Source of the DNA: Candidatus Bathyarchaeota archaeon
GTDB taxonomy: Archaea; Thermoproteota; Bathyarchaeia; TCS64
Length of the DNA stretch: 64,000 nt
Assembly (NCBI GenBank): GCA_043826455.1
Contig: JBDRQD010000015.1
Location: 233,353-297,352 of the forward strand
Direction: 5' to 3'
Each line of letters begins with the position of its first letter. Position 1 is the first letter of the stretch. The notes beneath the pieces are model-generated. The model had not been told where the DNA came from. It worked only from the letters and a program-made list of their open reading frames with translations, and searched no databases. Of this stretch, positions 27,436-35,494 are shown in pieces. A program made the translations under genes and the position numbers.

Positions 27436-28954
27436 CAGAGTAGTCGTAGGCCTGCTCGCTGGAGCCCGTGAAGACAGCCACCATGTCCTGGTCGGGGAAC
27501 ACGTAGATGAACTGGCCCATGTAGCCGAGGGCCAGGTAGTAGCCGTCGTCGTCCACCCACCACTGGTACCCGTAGCCGTCCTTCAGGTTGGCCTGCAGGT
27601 GCTCCCGCGTCGCGGCCTCCACCCACTGCTCAGAGACTATCCTTCGGCCCTCCCACGCACCCTCTTTGAGGAACAGGTAGCCTATCTTCGCCATGTCGTG
27701 GGGCGTCAGGTACAGGCTGCTGTAGCCCCAGTTGTTCCCCTTGGCGTCTGCTCTCCACTCGTAGTCGCCTATGCCTAGGGGCCCGAAGAGGTGCTCCTCC
27801 GCGAACTCGGCGGCGGTGAGCCCAGTCTTCTCAGTGATCGTGCAGCTTAGGAGGTGGCTGACCCCGTTGGTGTACTCGAACCTGGACCCGGGCTCGAAGC
27901 CCATGGGGTGGCTCATCACGTACAGCACGGGGTCCTCCGAGCTCCTCATGTCGTCCAGGTTCTCCCACTCGTATATCCAGCTGTCTCGGGCGTCGAAGCC
28001 GGCCGACATCATAAGCATGTCCTCCAGGGTTATCTGGCTCTTCCACTCGTGCCTGTTGGCGTACTCCACGTCCGGGAAGATGTCCACCAGTCTGGCGTCG
28101 AGCCCCTCGATGTACCCCTCATCCATGGCTATGCCGATGAGGGTGCTGACCACGCTCTTGGTGCAGCTGTACACGATGTGCCTGTCATCAGCATCATACT
28201 CGCCGAAGTACTCGTCCAGCACAACGTACCCGTTCTTCACCACCAGGGCGCTGTCAACGGCGGTCCCGCTGGCCCTGATGTCCCTCACCATGGCGTCCAG
28301 GGTCTCCGCGTCCAAGCCCACCTCGCTAGGGTGGGCGTACCTCCAGCCGTCTGTGGGCCAGTAGGACTCCAACCTCCTCGGCTTAGTGGGCGGCTGAGTC
28401 TCCAGGCTCCTGAGCATCTTGGCCATCTGGTCCGAGAGCCACTCCCTGTCGCCTCCCAGCTTGATGTTGTAGAGCACAAACATCCGTCCCTCGGGGCTGG
28501 TCCAGCCTGCCATCAGCCCAGGCACAGCCACGCCGCCTGCTCTCAGGTTGAAGCCTCGGACGTAGACCTGTTTATCGCCCAGCTCCACCAGTTCTCCCTC
28601 CTCCACGTCAGTCAACTCGTTCTGCTTTCTCCCCTCCTCTATGATCTGGTCAGAGAACCCCCTCAGGCCACCAGCTTGGCCTGCCCCCCATACAATGCCC
28701 ACTATGTTCGCTGCGTCGCCCTGGGACTCGCCCTGCATGTCTCCCAGCCAGTAGGAAGGCATAATGAAGTACACGACGGCTTCCCTCAACGTGCATTCCC
28801 GGGGGTGAACGAAGCTGAAGCCGTACCCGGTGAACTCGGTGTAGCCCAGCGGCGGGTCGTCTCTGTGCTGCCACAGGTTGAACCCGGTGACCATCAGCAC
28901 CACCACCGTCATGATGAGGGCGTCGCGGTGCCTTGAGAGGAGTGCGGACTTCAT
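27395..28954 (-). CDS. Membrane-anchored class C beta-lactamase/NylB-like serine hydrolase with extra N-terminal domain
   Basis: N-terminal TM; SCTKS (SxxK), FEYTN (YxN), YGYQWW, ALGYMGQ. Confidence 0.88.
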   Translation of the reverse strand: MKSALLSRHRDALIMTVVVLMVTGFNLWQHRDDPPLGYTEFTGYGFSFVHPRECTLREAVVYFIMPSYWLGDMQGESQGDAANIVGIVWGAGQAGGLRGFSDQIIEEGRKQNELTDVEEGELVELGDKQVYVRGFNLRAGGVAVPGLMAGWTSPEGRMFVLYNIKLGGDREWLSDQMAKMLRSLETQPPTKPRRLESYWPTDGWRYAHPSEVGLDAETLDAMVRDIRASGTAVDSALVVKNGYVVLDEYFGEYDADDRHIVYSCTKSVVSTLIGIAMDEGYIEGLDARLVDIFPDVEYANRHEWKSQITLEDMLMMSAGFDARDSWIYEWENLDDMRSSEDPVLYVMSHPMGFEPGSRFEYTNGVSHLLSCTITEKTGLTAAEFAEEHLFGPLGIGDYEWRADAKGNNWGYSSLYLTPHDMAKIGYLFLKEGAWEGRRIVSEQWVEAATREHLQANLKDGYGYQWWVDDDGYYLALGYMGQFIYVFPDQDMVAVFTGSSEQAYDYSVRLPERFLIPAVG

Positions 28955-28963
28955 ACACGATCA

Positions 28964-30139
28964 CTATATGTACTGTAGGATGGGCTTCGGGTACTGACGC
29001 TTCAGCTTCTCGTACCACAGGCACAGCCTCCACAGGACTACCAGGCCCACGACCCAGAAGAGCAGCGTCTCAGGCAGCCCCAGGTAGAAGGGCGGCCTGT
29101 AGGCCCTTGGGGTGAAGTCGGGGAGCTGGGCCCTGTACAGCCAAAGGTGCACCAGGTAGAAGAAGAGGGGGTTCCTGCCGAACGCCAGGATGATACCCGA
29201 GACGCCTCCGTGGAACCAGTCCCGGTCCTGGATGTGGACCCCGAGGGCCAGCATCAGGCACATGCCCCCCAAGGTCCAGATTAGGAAAGCTAGGTCCGGC
29301 GGGTACTTGCTGACGTAGAGCCAGTCCACCAGGGTGTTGCCCATGCGGGGAACCAGGTTACCGTAGCCGTTTAGCCACCGTACTACTATGAAGGCCAAGA
29401 TGGAGACTACGCCGGTCAGCGCCAGGGGCCTCTTAAGGCTCTTAATCTGCTCCTGCGTCTTGCCTTGGAGGTAGTTGCCGAGGCTCCACCCTAAGCCCAT
29501 GACCCCCACCCACGGTATTATGGGGTATAACCCCACGTAGGGCCACCTGTCGAAGTTGGGTTCATGGAGTATTACGCGGAGGTACCAGCCCCAGTTGGGT
29601 TGCGTGGGTATGAAGCCTAGGTCCAGGAAGCCGTGGTTCAGCACTATGAGGAGCGACGCGACAAGGATTATCTTGGTGGGCAGCCTCCTGGCGACGCTAA
29701 AGATGATGAAACAGGCGCCGATGCAGGCTATGACCCCGAAGTAGGTCCACGGGTTGCTGAAGGCCGGAGACACGAGGGCGGCCTCCAGGACCAGAAGCAC
29801 TAGGCCCCTCTTGATGAGGTGATGCGTCACGCTCATCTGACCCTCTCCCTTCTCCAGTCTACGCTTGACCGAGAGGGCGAGGACGGTGCCTGCCAGGAAG
29901 ATGAATATAGGCGCACAGTAGTGGCTAACGAAACGCAGCAGGAACCAGGTGGTATCTATAAAGGGCGGGGCCCTCCCTAGTATCCCCTCGCCACCGTGGT
30001 GGTACTGGTTCCAGAAACCGGATACGTGGTCCCACGCCATAATGGCCATGACTATACCCCTGGCGAAGTCGATGAACTCCAGCCTGGGGAAACCTGAAGA
30101 CGTTTGTTTAGCTTTTTCCTGAAGCGAAGATGAGGCCAT
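28964..30139 (-). CDS. Heparan-alpha-glucosaminide N-acetyltransferase-like (DUF1624) membrane protein
   Basis: RLEFIDFARG..M..DH, SHYCAPIF, KYPP, FGRNPLFFYLVH; ATG 30139 preferred (SD GGAG). Confidence 0.85.
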   Translation of the reverse strand: MASSSLQEKAKQTSSGFPRLEFIDFARGIVMAIMAWDHVSGFWNQYHHGGEGILGRAPPFIDTTWFLLRFVSHYCAPIFIFLAGTVLALSVKRRLEKGEGQMSVTHHLIKRGLVLLVLEAALVSPAFSNPWTYFGVIACIGACFIIFSVARRLPTKIILVASLLIVLNHGFLDLGFIPTQPNWGWYLRVILHEPNFDRWPYVGLYPIIPWVGVMGLGWSLGNYLQGKTQEQIKSLKRPLALTGVVSILAFIVVRWLNGYGNLVPRMGNTLVDWLYVSKYPPDLAFLIWTLGGMCLMLALGVHIQDRDWFHGGVSGIILAFGRNPLFFYLVHLWLYRAQLPDFTPRAYRPPFYLGLPETLLFWVVGLVVLWRLCLWYEKLKRQYPKPILQYI

Positions 30140-30223
30140 TGGACTCCCTTCCAAGATACGTGTTTTCCATACATAAGAAATCTTCAAGCCCGATGATGGG
30201 CGCTCATGATGAATCATGGAGCC

Positions 30224-30469
30224 CTACTTTCCCGGCTTTGAGAGGAGCTCGTTGAACCTTTCTTCACATACGTCGAGCCTCAGAACCCCGCGGGAGCCTC
30301 TAACCACCATGACCCTGCCCTCGACGAACTCGATCTCGCTGATCTCCCCCAGCTCCCCCTCAAGCAGCACCTCGCCGTGGTCCCCTTTAGGTATGGAGAC
30401 TTGGTGTAGGTGGGTCTTCGATTTCATCTCAACGGAGAACGAGTGTCTCATCGATATCCCGTGTAACAT
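30224..30469 (-). CDS. Small conserved-looking hypothetical protein
   Basis: HSFSVEMKSK...VLLEGELG...GVLRLD; beta-rich; coding-like composition. Confidence 0.65.
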   Translation of the reverse strand: MLHGISMRHSFSVEMKSKTHLHQVSIPKGDHGEVLLEGELGEISEIEFVEGRVMVVRGSRGVLRLDVCEERFNELLSKPGK

Positions 30470-30562
30470 GTCTTCGGGTTTTCATAAGGGCTGTTAGTGT
30501 ACGTTACAGGGATTTTAATATCCATGATGGGAAGATAGGATCAAACGTAGACGGCGAGAAGC

Positions 30563-31330
30563 ATGGAGAAGCTATGCGACCTGTTCTTCGAGTTCAGTAA
30601 CGAGGACCGGCTGCGGATACTGTACAGGCTCAGGGACGAGCCGTCCACCGTTACGAGCCTGTCGAGGGACCTAGGCTTGACAACCCAGGAAACCAGCCGC
30701 CACCTATCTCGGCTGGGCGAGATCGGGCTCACCCTGAAGGAGCCGGACGGGTCCCACAGCCTCACCCCCTACGGTGAGCTCTCCCTGGCCCAGATCAGTG
30801 GCTTCCGATTCACCTGCGACCACAGCGAGTACATGAAAAGCCACAGGTTAACTGGGTTACCCCAGGAGTTCATAGCCAGGATAGGTGAGCTGGAGAACAG
30901 CGTCTACACGGACGACGTCATGGTCATATTCCACAGGGTCGAGCAGACCATCAAGGCCGCAGAGGAGTACGTCCTCAGACTCACCGACAGGTACATTATA
31001 ACCGTTGTACCCACGTGGGAGAAGGCCCTCGGCAGAGGCGTCGAGTTCAGGCTGCTGGACCCCAGGAACATCGTCATCCCTCCCGAGTTCAACAGGGGAC
31101 CCGTTCTCACGGAGGCACTAAGAAGTGGCCAGTTCGTGAACAAAACCTTGGAGTCCGTGGACATCTTCCTGGCCCTCTCGGAGAAAGAGGTGGCTGGCAT
31201 ATGTTTCCCTGGCCTGGACGGCAGGATGGACTACAGGGGTTTCCACAGCGACGACCCTGGGGTTCACAAGTGGGCCAAAGACCTCTACGAGTACTTCTGG
31301 GAAAGGTCTAAACCGAGGCCCATACAATGA
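30563..31330 (+). CDS. ArsR-like wHTH transcriptional regulator with C-terminal PLD-like/DUF1724-type domain
   Basis: SNEDRLRIL...TTQETSRHLSRL; C-terminal WAKDLYEYFW. Confidence 0.85.
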   Translation: MEKLCDLFFEFSNEDRLRILYRLRDEPSTVTSLSRDLGLTTQETSRHLSRLGEIGLTLKEPDGSHSLTPYGELSLAQISGFRFTCDHSEYMKSHRLTGLPQEFIARIGELENSVYTDDVMVIFHRVEQTIKAAEEYVLRLTDRYIITVVPTWEKALGRGVEFRLLDPRNIVIPPEFNRGPVLTEALRSGQFVNKTLESVDIFLALSEKEVAGICFPGLDGRMDYRGFHSDDPGVHKWAKDLYEYFWERSKPRPIQ

Positions 31331-31337
31331 ACATTTT

Positions 31338-31410
31338 TGGCGAGTCTCCCTGGCTGGAAGGAAAAACAATGGCAACGCCATGAACCTGATTCATGGCTCC
31401 AGAGAGACTC
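31338..31410 (-). ncRNA. Candidate structured RNA: 12-bp terminal stem plus GCCA, with internal 8-bp hairpin
   Basis: GAGUCUCUCUGG pairs with CCAGGGAGACUC and is followed by GCCA; GCCAUGAA/UUCAUGGC hairpin; TTTAAAT about 25 nt upstream. Confidence 0.3.
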
Positions 31411-31526
31411 TCATCAGGTAATCTTCGGCCCCATTTAAACTCTTAGAAGGCTCCGGCTCCTACTTCCATGAAGCTTCTTGACGCCCCAGCAAAGAAACTA
31501 TGAAAGAGGCGCGGAGCCCAGGGGCG

Positions 31527-33140
31527 TCACGCCGTGTAGACTATCTTTCCGTCGATTACGGCGAGAACCGTCTTCACGTTCTTCAGGTCCTCGGGGTCGA
31601 TGCTAAGCGGGTCCCTGTCCACCACGATGAGGTCAGCCAGCTTGCCCGGCTCAACGCTGCCTTTGACGTTCTCCTCAAAGGCGGCATACGCTCCGTCGAT
31701 ACTGTAGGCCCTGATGGCCTCCAGGGGTGTAGCCGCCTCGGCTTCGTATAGCACCTGTCCGCCGCTGGTCCTCCTCGTCACCATGCCGTAGATGCCGTAC
31801 CAGGGGTTGGGGGTGCATATGCTGGCGTCGCTGTGGCCTGGGGCTGGGATGCCCCTGTCGATGAGGGTCCTGTGGGGCCACATGTACCTCATAGCCTCCC
31901 CGCCCCTGTTGGCCTTGTAGGCGTCCCCCAGGTCGTGGAGGAACCCTGTGGCCGAGGCGTCTATCACCCCAAGCCCGAGGAGCCTGTCCTGAATGGGTGG
32001 CGTCACGAAGCAACAGTGCTCTATCCTGTGTCTGTGGTCGGGCCAGGGCTTCCTCTTCAACGCTTTCTCTATGGCGTCCAGGGCCCTGTCTATGCCCCTG
32101 TCACCGACGCCGTCCAGGCCCACCCTTATCCCCGCGCTGTGGGCCTCCCAGACCCTCCGCTCGATGTCCTCCTGGTCGTAGAGCAGCATCCCCGTGTTCT
32201 CGGGCTCTCCCACGTAGGGCTCGTAGTAGGCCGCCGTCCTTCCGCTGGTGCTGGTGTCGAAGACCCACTCGGCCTCCGTCACCTTGAGCCACTCGTCCCC
32301 GAAGGGTGTCTGAAGCCCCATGGATGCTGCGCCCTCCACCATGCCGGCGTCTCTGCCGCTCAGGTGAACAGCGGTCCTTACCTTGAGCTTGCCTTCACGC
32401 CTGAGGCGCTGCATGGCCCTGAACTCGGCGGGGCTCACCATGCTGGCGTGGATGCTTGTGAGGCCCAGGCTCACGCACTCGTCCACGACTATCTGGAGGC
32501 CCCTGTACAGCTCATCTTCGGTGATCGCTGGTATCCTGTGGTAGACCAGGTCCTTGGCCGCTTCCCTCAGCAGTCCGGTGGGGTCCCTGTTGTGGTCGCG
32601 CTCGATTCTGCCGTGGGGAGGGTCCGGGGTGTCCCTGCCGATCCCTGCTGCCTCCAGGGCCAGGGTGTTGGCTACGCCGTTGTGGCCGTCCCTCCGCTGT
32701 ATGTACAGTGGGTTGCGGGGGGCGGCCTCGTCCAGCTCCTCTAAGGTGGGGTACCGGCCCATCCTGACGTCGTCCATGCTGTACCCCAGTATCCAGTTTC
32801 CCGGTGGAGTATCATCCGCTTTCCGCCTAACGGCCTCCAGCATCTCGTCTACGCCTGTGAAGTCTGGGCCGCAGGCGACGCCCCTCACCAGGTAGGCGCC
32901 CCAGCTGCCCCCGGGGTGCATGTGGCTGTCTATGAGGCCGGGCAGCACCGTGAGGCCCTTGAGGTCGTGGAGGATCGTGGACTCGCCCACCGCCTCCAAC
33001 ACGGTCTCGTTGGAGCCGACCCTGAGAATCTTACCCCACTTGACGGCGACGGCCTCGGCTACCGTGCCATCGTTGTCGACCGTGATAACCTTCCCGTTGA
33101 TGAAGGCCAAGTCAGCGCATAGGTCCCTGGGAACTATCAT
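31527..33140 (-). CDS. Amidohydrolase 3 (YtcJ-like)
   Basis: PGLIDSHMH, RHRIEHC, GHSDA, GSVEPGKLADL; ATG 33140 preferred over TTG 33167. Confidence 0.92.
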   Translation of the reverse strand: MIVPRDLCADLAFINGKVITVDNDGTVAEAVAVKWGKILRVGSNETVLEAVGESTILHDLKGLTVLPGLIDSHMHPGGSWGAYLVRGVACGPDFTGVDEMLEAVRRKADDTPPGNWILGYSMDDVRMGRYPTLEELDEAAPRNPLYIQRRDGHNGVANTLALEAAGIGRDTPDPPHGRIERDHNRDPTGLLREAAKDLVYHRIPAITEDELYRGLQIVVDECVSLGLTSIHASMVSPAEFRAMQRLRREGKLKVRTAVHLSGRDAGMVEGAASMGLQTPFGDEWLKVTEAEWVFDTSTSGRTAAYYEPYVGEPENTGMLLYDQEDIERRVWEAHSAGIRVGLDGVGDRGIDRALDAIEKALKRKPWPDHRHRIEHCCFVTPPIQDRLLGLGVIDASATGFLHDLGDAYKANRGGEAMRYMWPHRTLIDRGIPAPGHSDASICTPNPWYGIYGMVTRRTSGGQVLYEAEAATPLEAIRAYSIDGAYAAFEENVKGSVEPGKLADLIVVDRDPLSIDPEDLKNVKTVLAVIDGKIVYTA

Positions 33141-33394
33141 CTGAACCGAGTAGAATTCTTTCGCCAAGTATTTAATGGGGATGATGCAGCGGGTTCAGGT
33201 CTCTTTGTGCGGAGTTTCCATTACAGGATTTTGTTGTGTTGGTGTGGCTGTGCTGGGTTTCCTCGGCTTCGCTGGGTGGCTTATCCCGTGCCAGCCGTGA
33301 TAAGGCGAAAAAATCCGTCTGATGCTTCATGCTTTTCTTTCGGTGAGATGTTTCAGCGTTCAGCGAACATGAAAAGCGTGGTTTCTTGATATCT

Positions 33395-34342
33395 TCATTG
33401 TTTTACTCTGAGCCGCGGGGACTTGTCTGCAGGAAAGATGACTTTGTCGATATGGCTGAGCTCGTAGCTGTACTCCCCAGCCTCCTCGAGGGGGAGCTGG
33501 AACACGTACACGCCGCTGCCCCCGGCGGTGAGGGGGGTCTCCTTGGTGACTGAGGCCACCGGGGCGTCGTCCCGCAGGAAAACGCATGTAACGTTCTCCC
33601 TCATGCTGTGGAACCTGGTAGGGTTTCTCAGCCTGACTGATACCACTGCCACCTGACCAACCTCCATCTCTGTGACTTCCGAGTCATCGAGGCTTCTCCA
33701 GGTGGAGTCCTCGTAGACGATGAAGGGGGCATCCAGCAGGGGGTACCTGGTGGTGGTGAAGGGCAGCCAGGTCTCAAGGAACCACAGGTGGGCCCGGGCC
33801 CGGCCCCTGATCTGCACCTCCACCTCGCCCCCGTAGGTGTCCGACGCCGCCTCTATCAGCGTCCTCAGCCTAGCCACGTCCTCTATCCTCAGGTTGATGT
33901 CTCTCTTCACGAGGCCTAGGTAGGGCACCTTCTGTTTGGGGAAGCTCAGTGTCTCGGAGACGAGGGTCTCTCCCTCCACAAGCAGCTCCAGCTCCACGTC
34001 TGAGACGCTGGGCTGCCTCACCACGATGGGGCTGAGGGTGACGCTGATGAGCCACCGCCTGGCGTAGTCGGGGACCTGGGTCACCAGCTGCGCCCCGTCC
34101 TCCACGGTGGGCAGTGTGATGGTGATGCCCACGGGGAGGTCTGGTGAGCCCCCCTCCAGGATGCCTCTCAGGTACTTGGACAGCTCCTCCTCCTCTACCC
34201 TGAACAGCACCTTGAGGCTCTTCATCTCCTCGTAGCTGGCGTAGAAGTTGCCTGCCTCCCTGCCTGCCATGACGGATAGGAAGAGGATCACCAGGGTGAG
34301 GGCCCCTATGATCTCGTCCCTCTGAATGGGCTTCTCAGCCAT
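33395..34342 (-). CDS. Hypothetical membrane-anchored beta-rich protein
   Basis: Single N-terminal TM, then alternating beta-strand patterns (Ig/LEA-like). Confidence 0.7.
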   Translation of the reverse strand: MAEKPIQRDEIIGALTLVILFLSVMAGREAGNFYASYEEMKSLKVLFRVEEEELSKYLRGILEGGSPDLPVGITITLPTVEDGAQLVTQVPDYARRWLISVTLSPIVVRQPSVSDVELELLVEGETLVSETLSFPKQKVPYLGLVKRDINLRIEDVARLRTLIEAASDTYGGEVEVQIRGRARAHLWFLETWLPFTTTRYPLLDAPFIVYEDSTWRSLDDSEVTEMEVGQVAVVSVRLRNPTRFHSMRENVTCVFLRDDAPVASVTKETPLTAGGSGVYVFQLPLEEAGEYSYELSHIDKVIFPADKSPRLRVKQ

Positions 34343-34401
34343 CTCAGATCAGCTTAGCAGCCGCAGGATATAGTGTTTACCGGCGCCAACCTGAAACATA
34401 T

Positions 34402-35430
34402 TTGAGCTGGGGGAGCACAGGTTCTGTTGAGACATTGATACTTGGCAAAGTCTCCGTAGACAAGGTGAGGGGGGTGGAGGACCTCAAGAGGAGCCTGAGG
34501 GGCTTCCTCCCAGTGTCCGACACAGTCATCGTCAAACCCAACTGGTACAGCCCCCACCCAGCCAACTACACAGACGCCCACGCCCTCGGCCTCCTCATGG
34601 ACGCAGTGGACGCCCGGTTCATAGTGGCGGAGGGGTACAGCCTGGACAGGCAGGACGGGTCACTGAAGTACACTGTGGACGGGGAGGAGGTGGACTGGAG
34701 GTGGCTCATGAGCCGCCCCGACTGGGACTGGATAATGGAGGGCAGCCGCCTCGAGCTGCTGAGAGCACAGGACCGGTGGTTCCTAGACTCCCATGGCTTC
34801 ACCGACGTCATGCATGAGCACGACGCCGAGTACGTCAGCGTGTCCGAGGAGATATGGATGGGCAGAGCCCTACAACCAACCGATGTAAAGAAGAAAGTGG
34901 AGTCTGTTTATACCCCAGCTAGCACTGACAGGGTTTACGAGTTCATGCCCCGGAAGCTGGCTGTGCACCAGGGCTCCACCCTCATCAGCCTGGGCAGGGT
35001 GAAGGGCTACGGCGGTGCATACCCCAGCCTAGCACTGAAGAACATGTTCGGGTTTATACCTGACCCCATGAGGAGCTGGTGGCACGGACATAAGGATAAC
35101 CGTCTCACGGCTAGTATCCTAGACATAGCTAGGGTGTACGCCTCATACTTCCGGTTGTACGGGGTATGCGAGGCCTTCAGAAGCCTGACCGTCAGCGACC
35201 CCCAGGGCGAGGTGAAGACACCGTGGGGCGGCTATGGCGTCAAGGAGGTGGAGGGCTTCGCCGTCCACGGCTCAAACCTGGTCGACGTCGACGCCGTGAC
35301 CTGCGGCCTCATAGATGTGGACCCTGATAAGGTAGGTTACATAGCCGAGGGGGAGAAGCTGTTCGGCCCCTACAGCAGGGCATCGTATCGTAGAGCAGTG
35401 GAGGAGAGACGCAGATTCATACCCTCCTGA
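34402..35430 (+). CDS. DUF362 domain protein
   Basis: VIVKPNW, LALKNMFG, VDVDAV...YI motifs; start uncertain. Confidence 0.78.
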   Translation: MSWGSTGSVETLILGKVSVDKVRGVEDLKRSLRGFLPVSDTVIVKPNWYSPHPANYTDAHALGLLMDAVDARFIVAEGYSLDRQDGSLKYTVDGEEVDWRWLMSRPDWDWIMEGSRLELLRAQDRWFLDSHGFTDVMHEHDAEYVSVSEEIWMGRALQPTDVKKKVESVYTPASTDRVYEFMPRKLAVHQGSTLISLGRVKGYGGAYPSLALKNMFGFIPDPMRSWWHGHKDNRLTASILDIARVYASYFRLYGVCEAFRSLTVSDPQGEVKTPWGGYGVKEVEGFAVHGSNLVDVDAVTCGLIDVDPDKVGYIAEGEKLFGPYSRASYRRAVEERRRFIPS

Positions 35431-35494
35431 GGGTGTTTAGACCTAAAACTTAAAAAATGGTGTTGAGTATGGAGCCTAATTCGGAGAACCCGGC

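Noticed and set aside
31338..31410. Canonical tRNA gene
   Set aside because: tRNA-like length and CCA end, but no D arm, anticodon arm or TTCRA loop; kept only as an ncRNA candidate.
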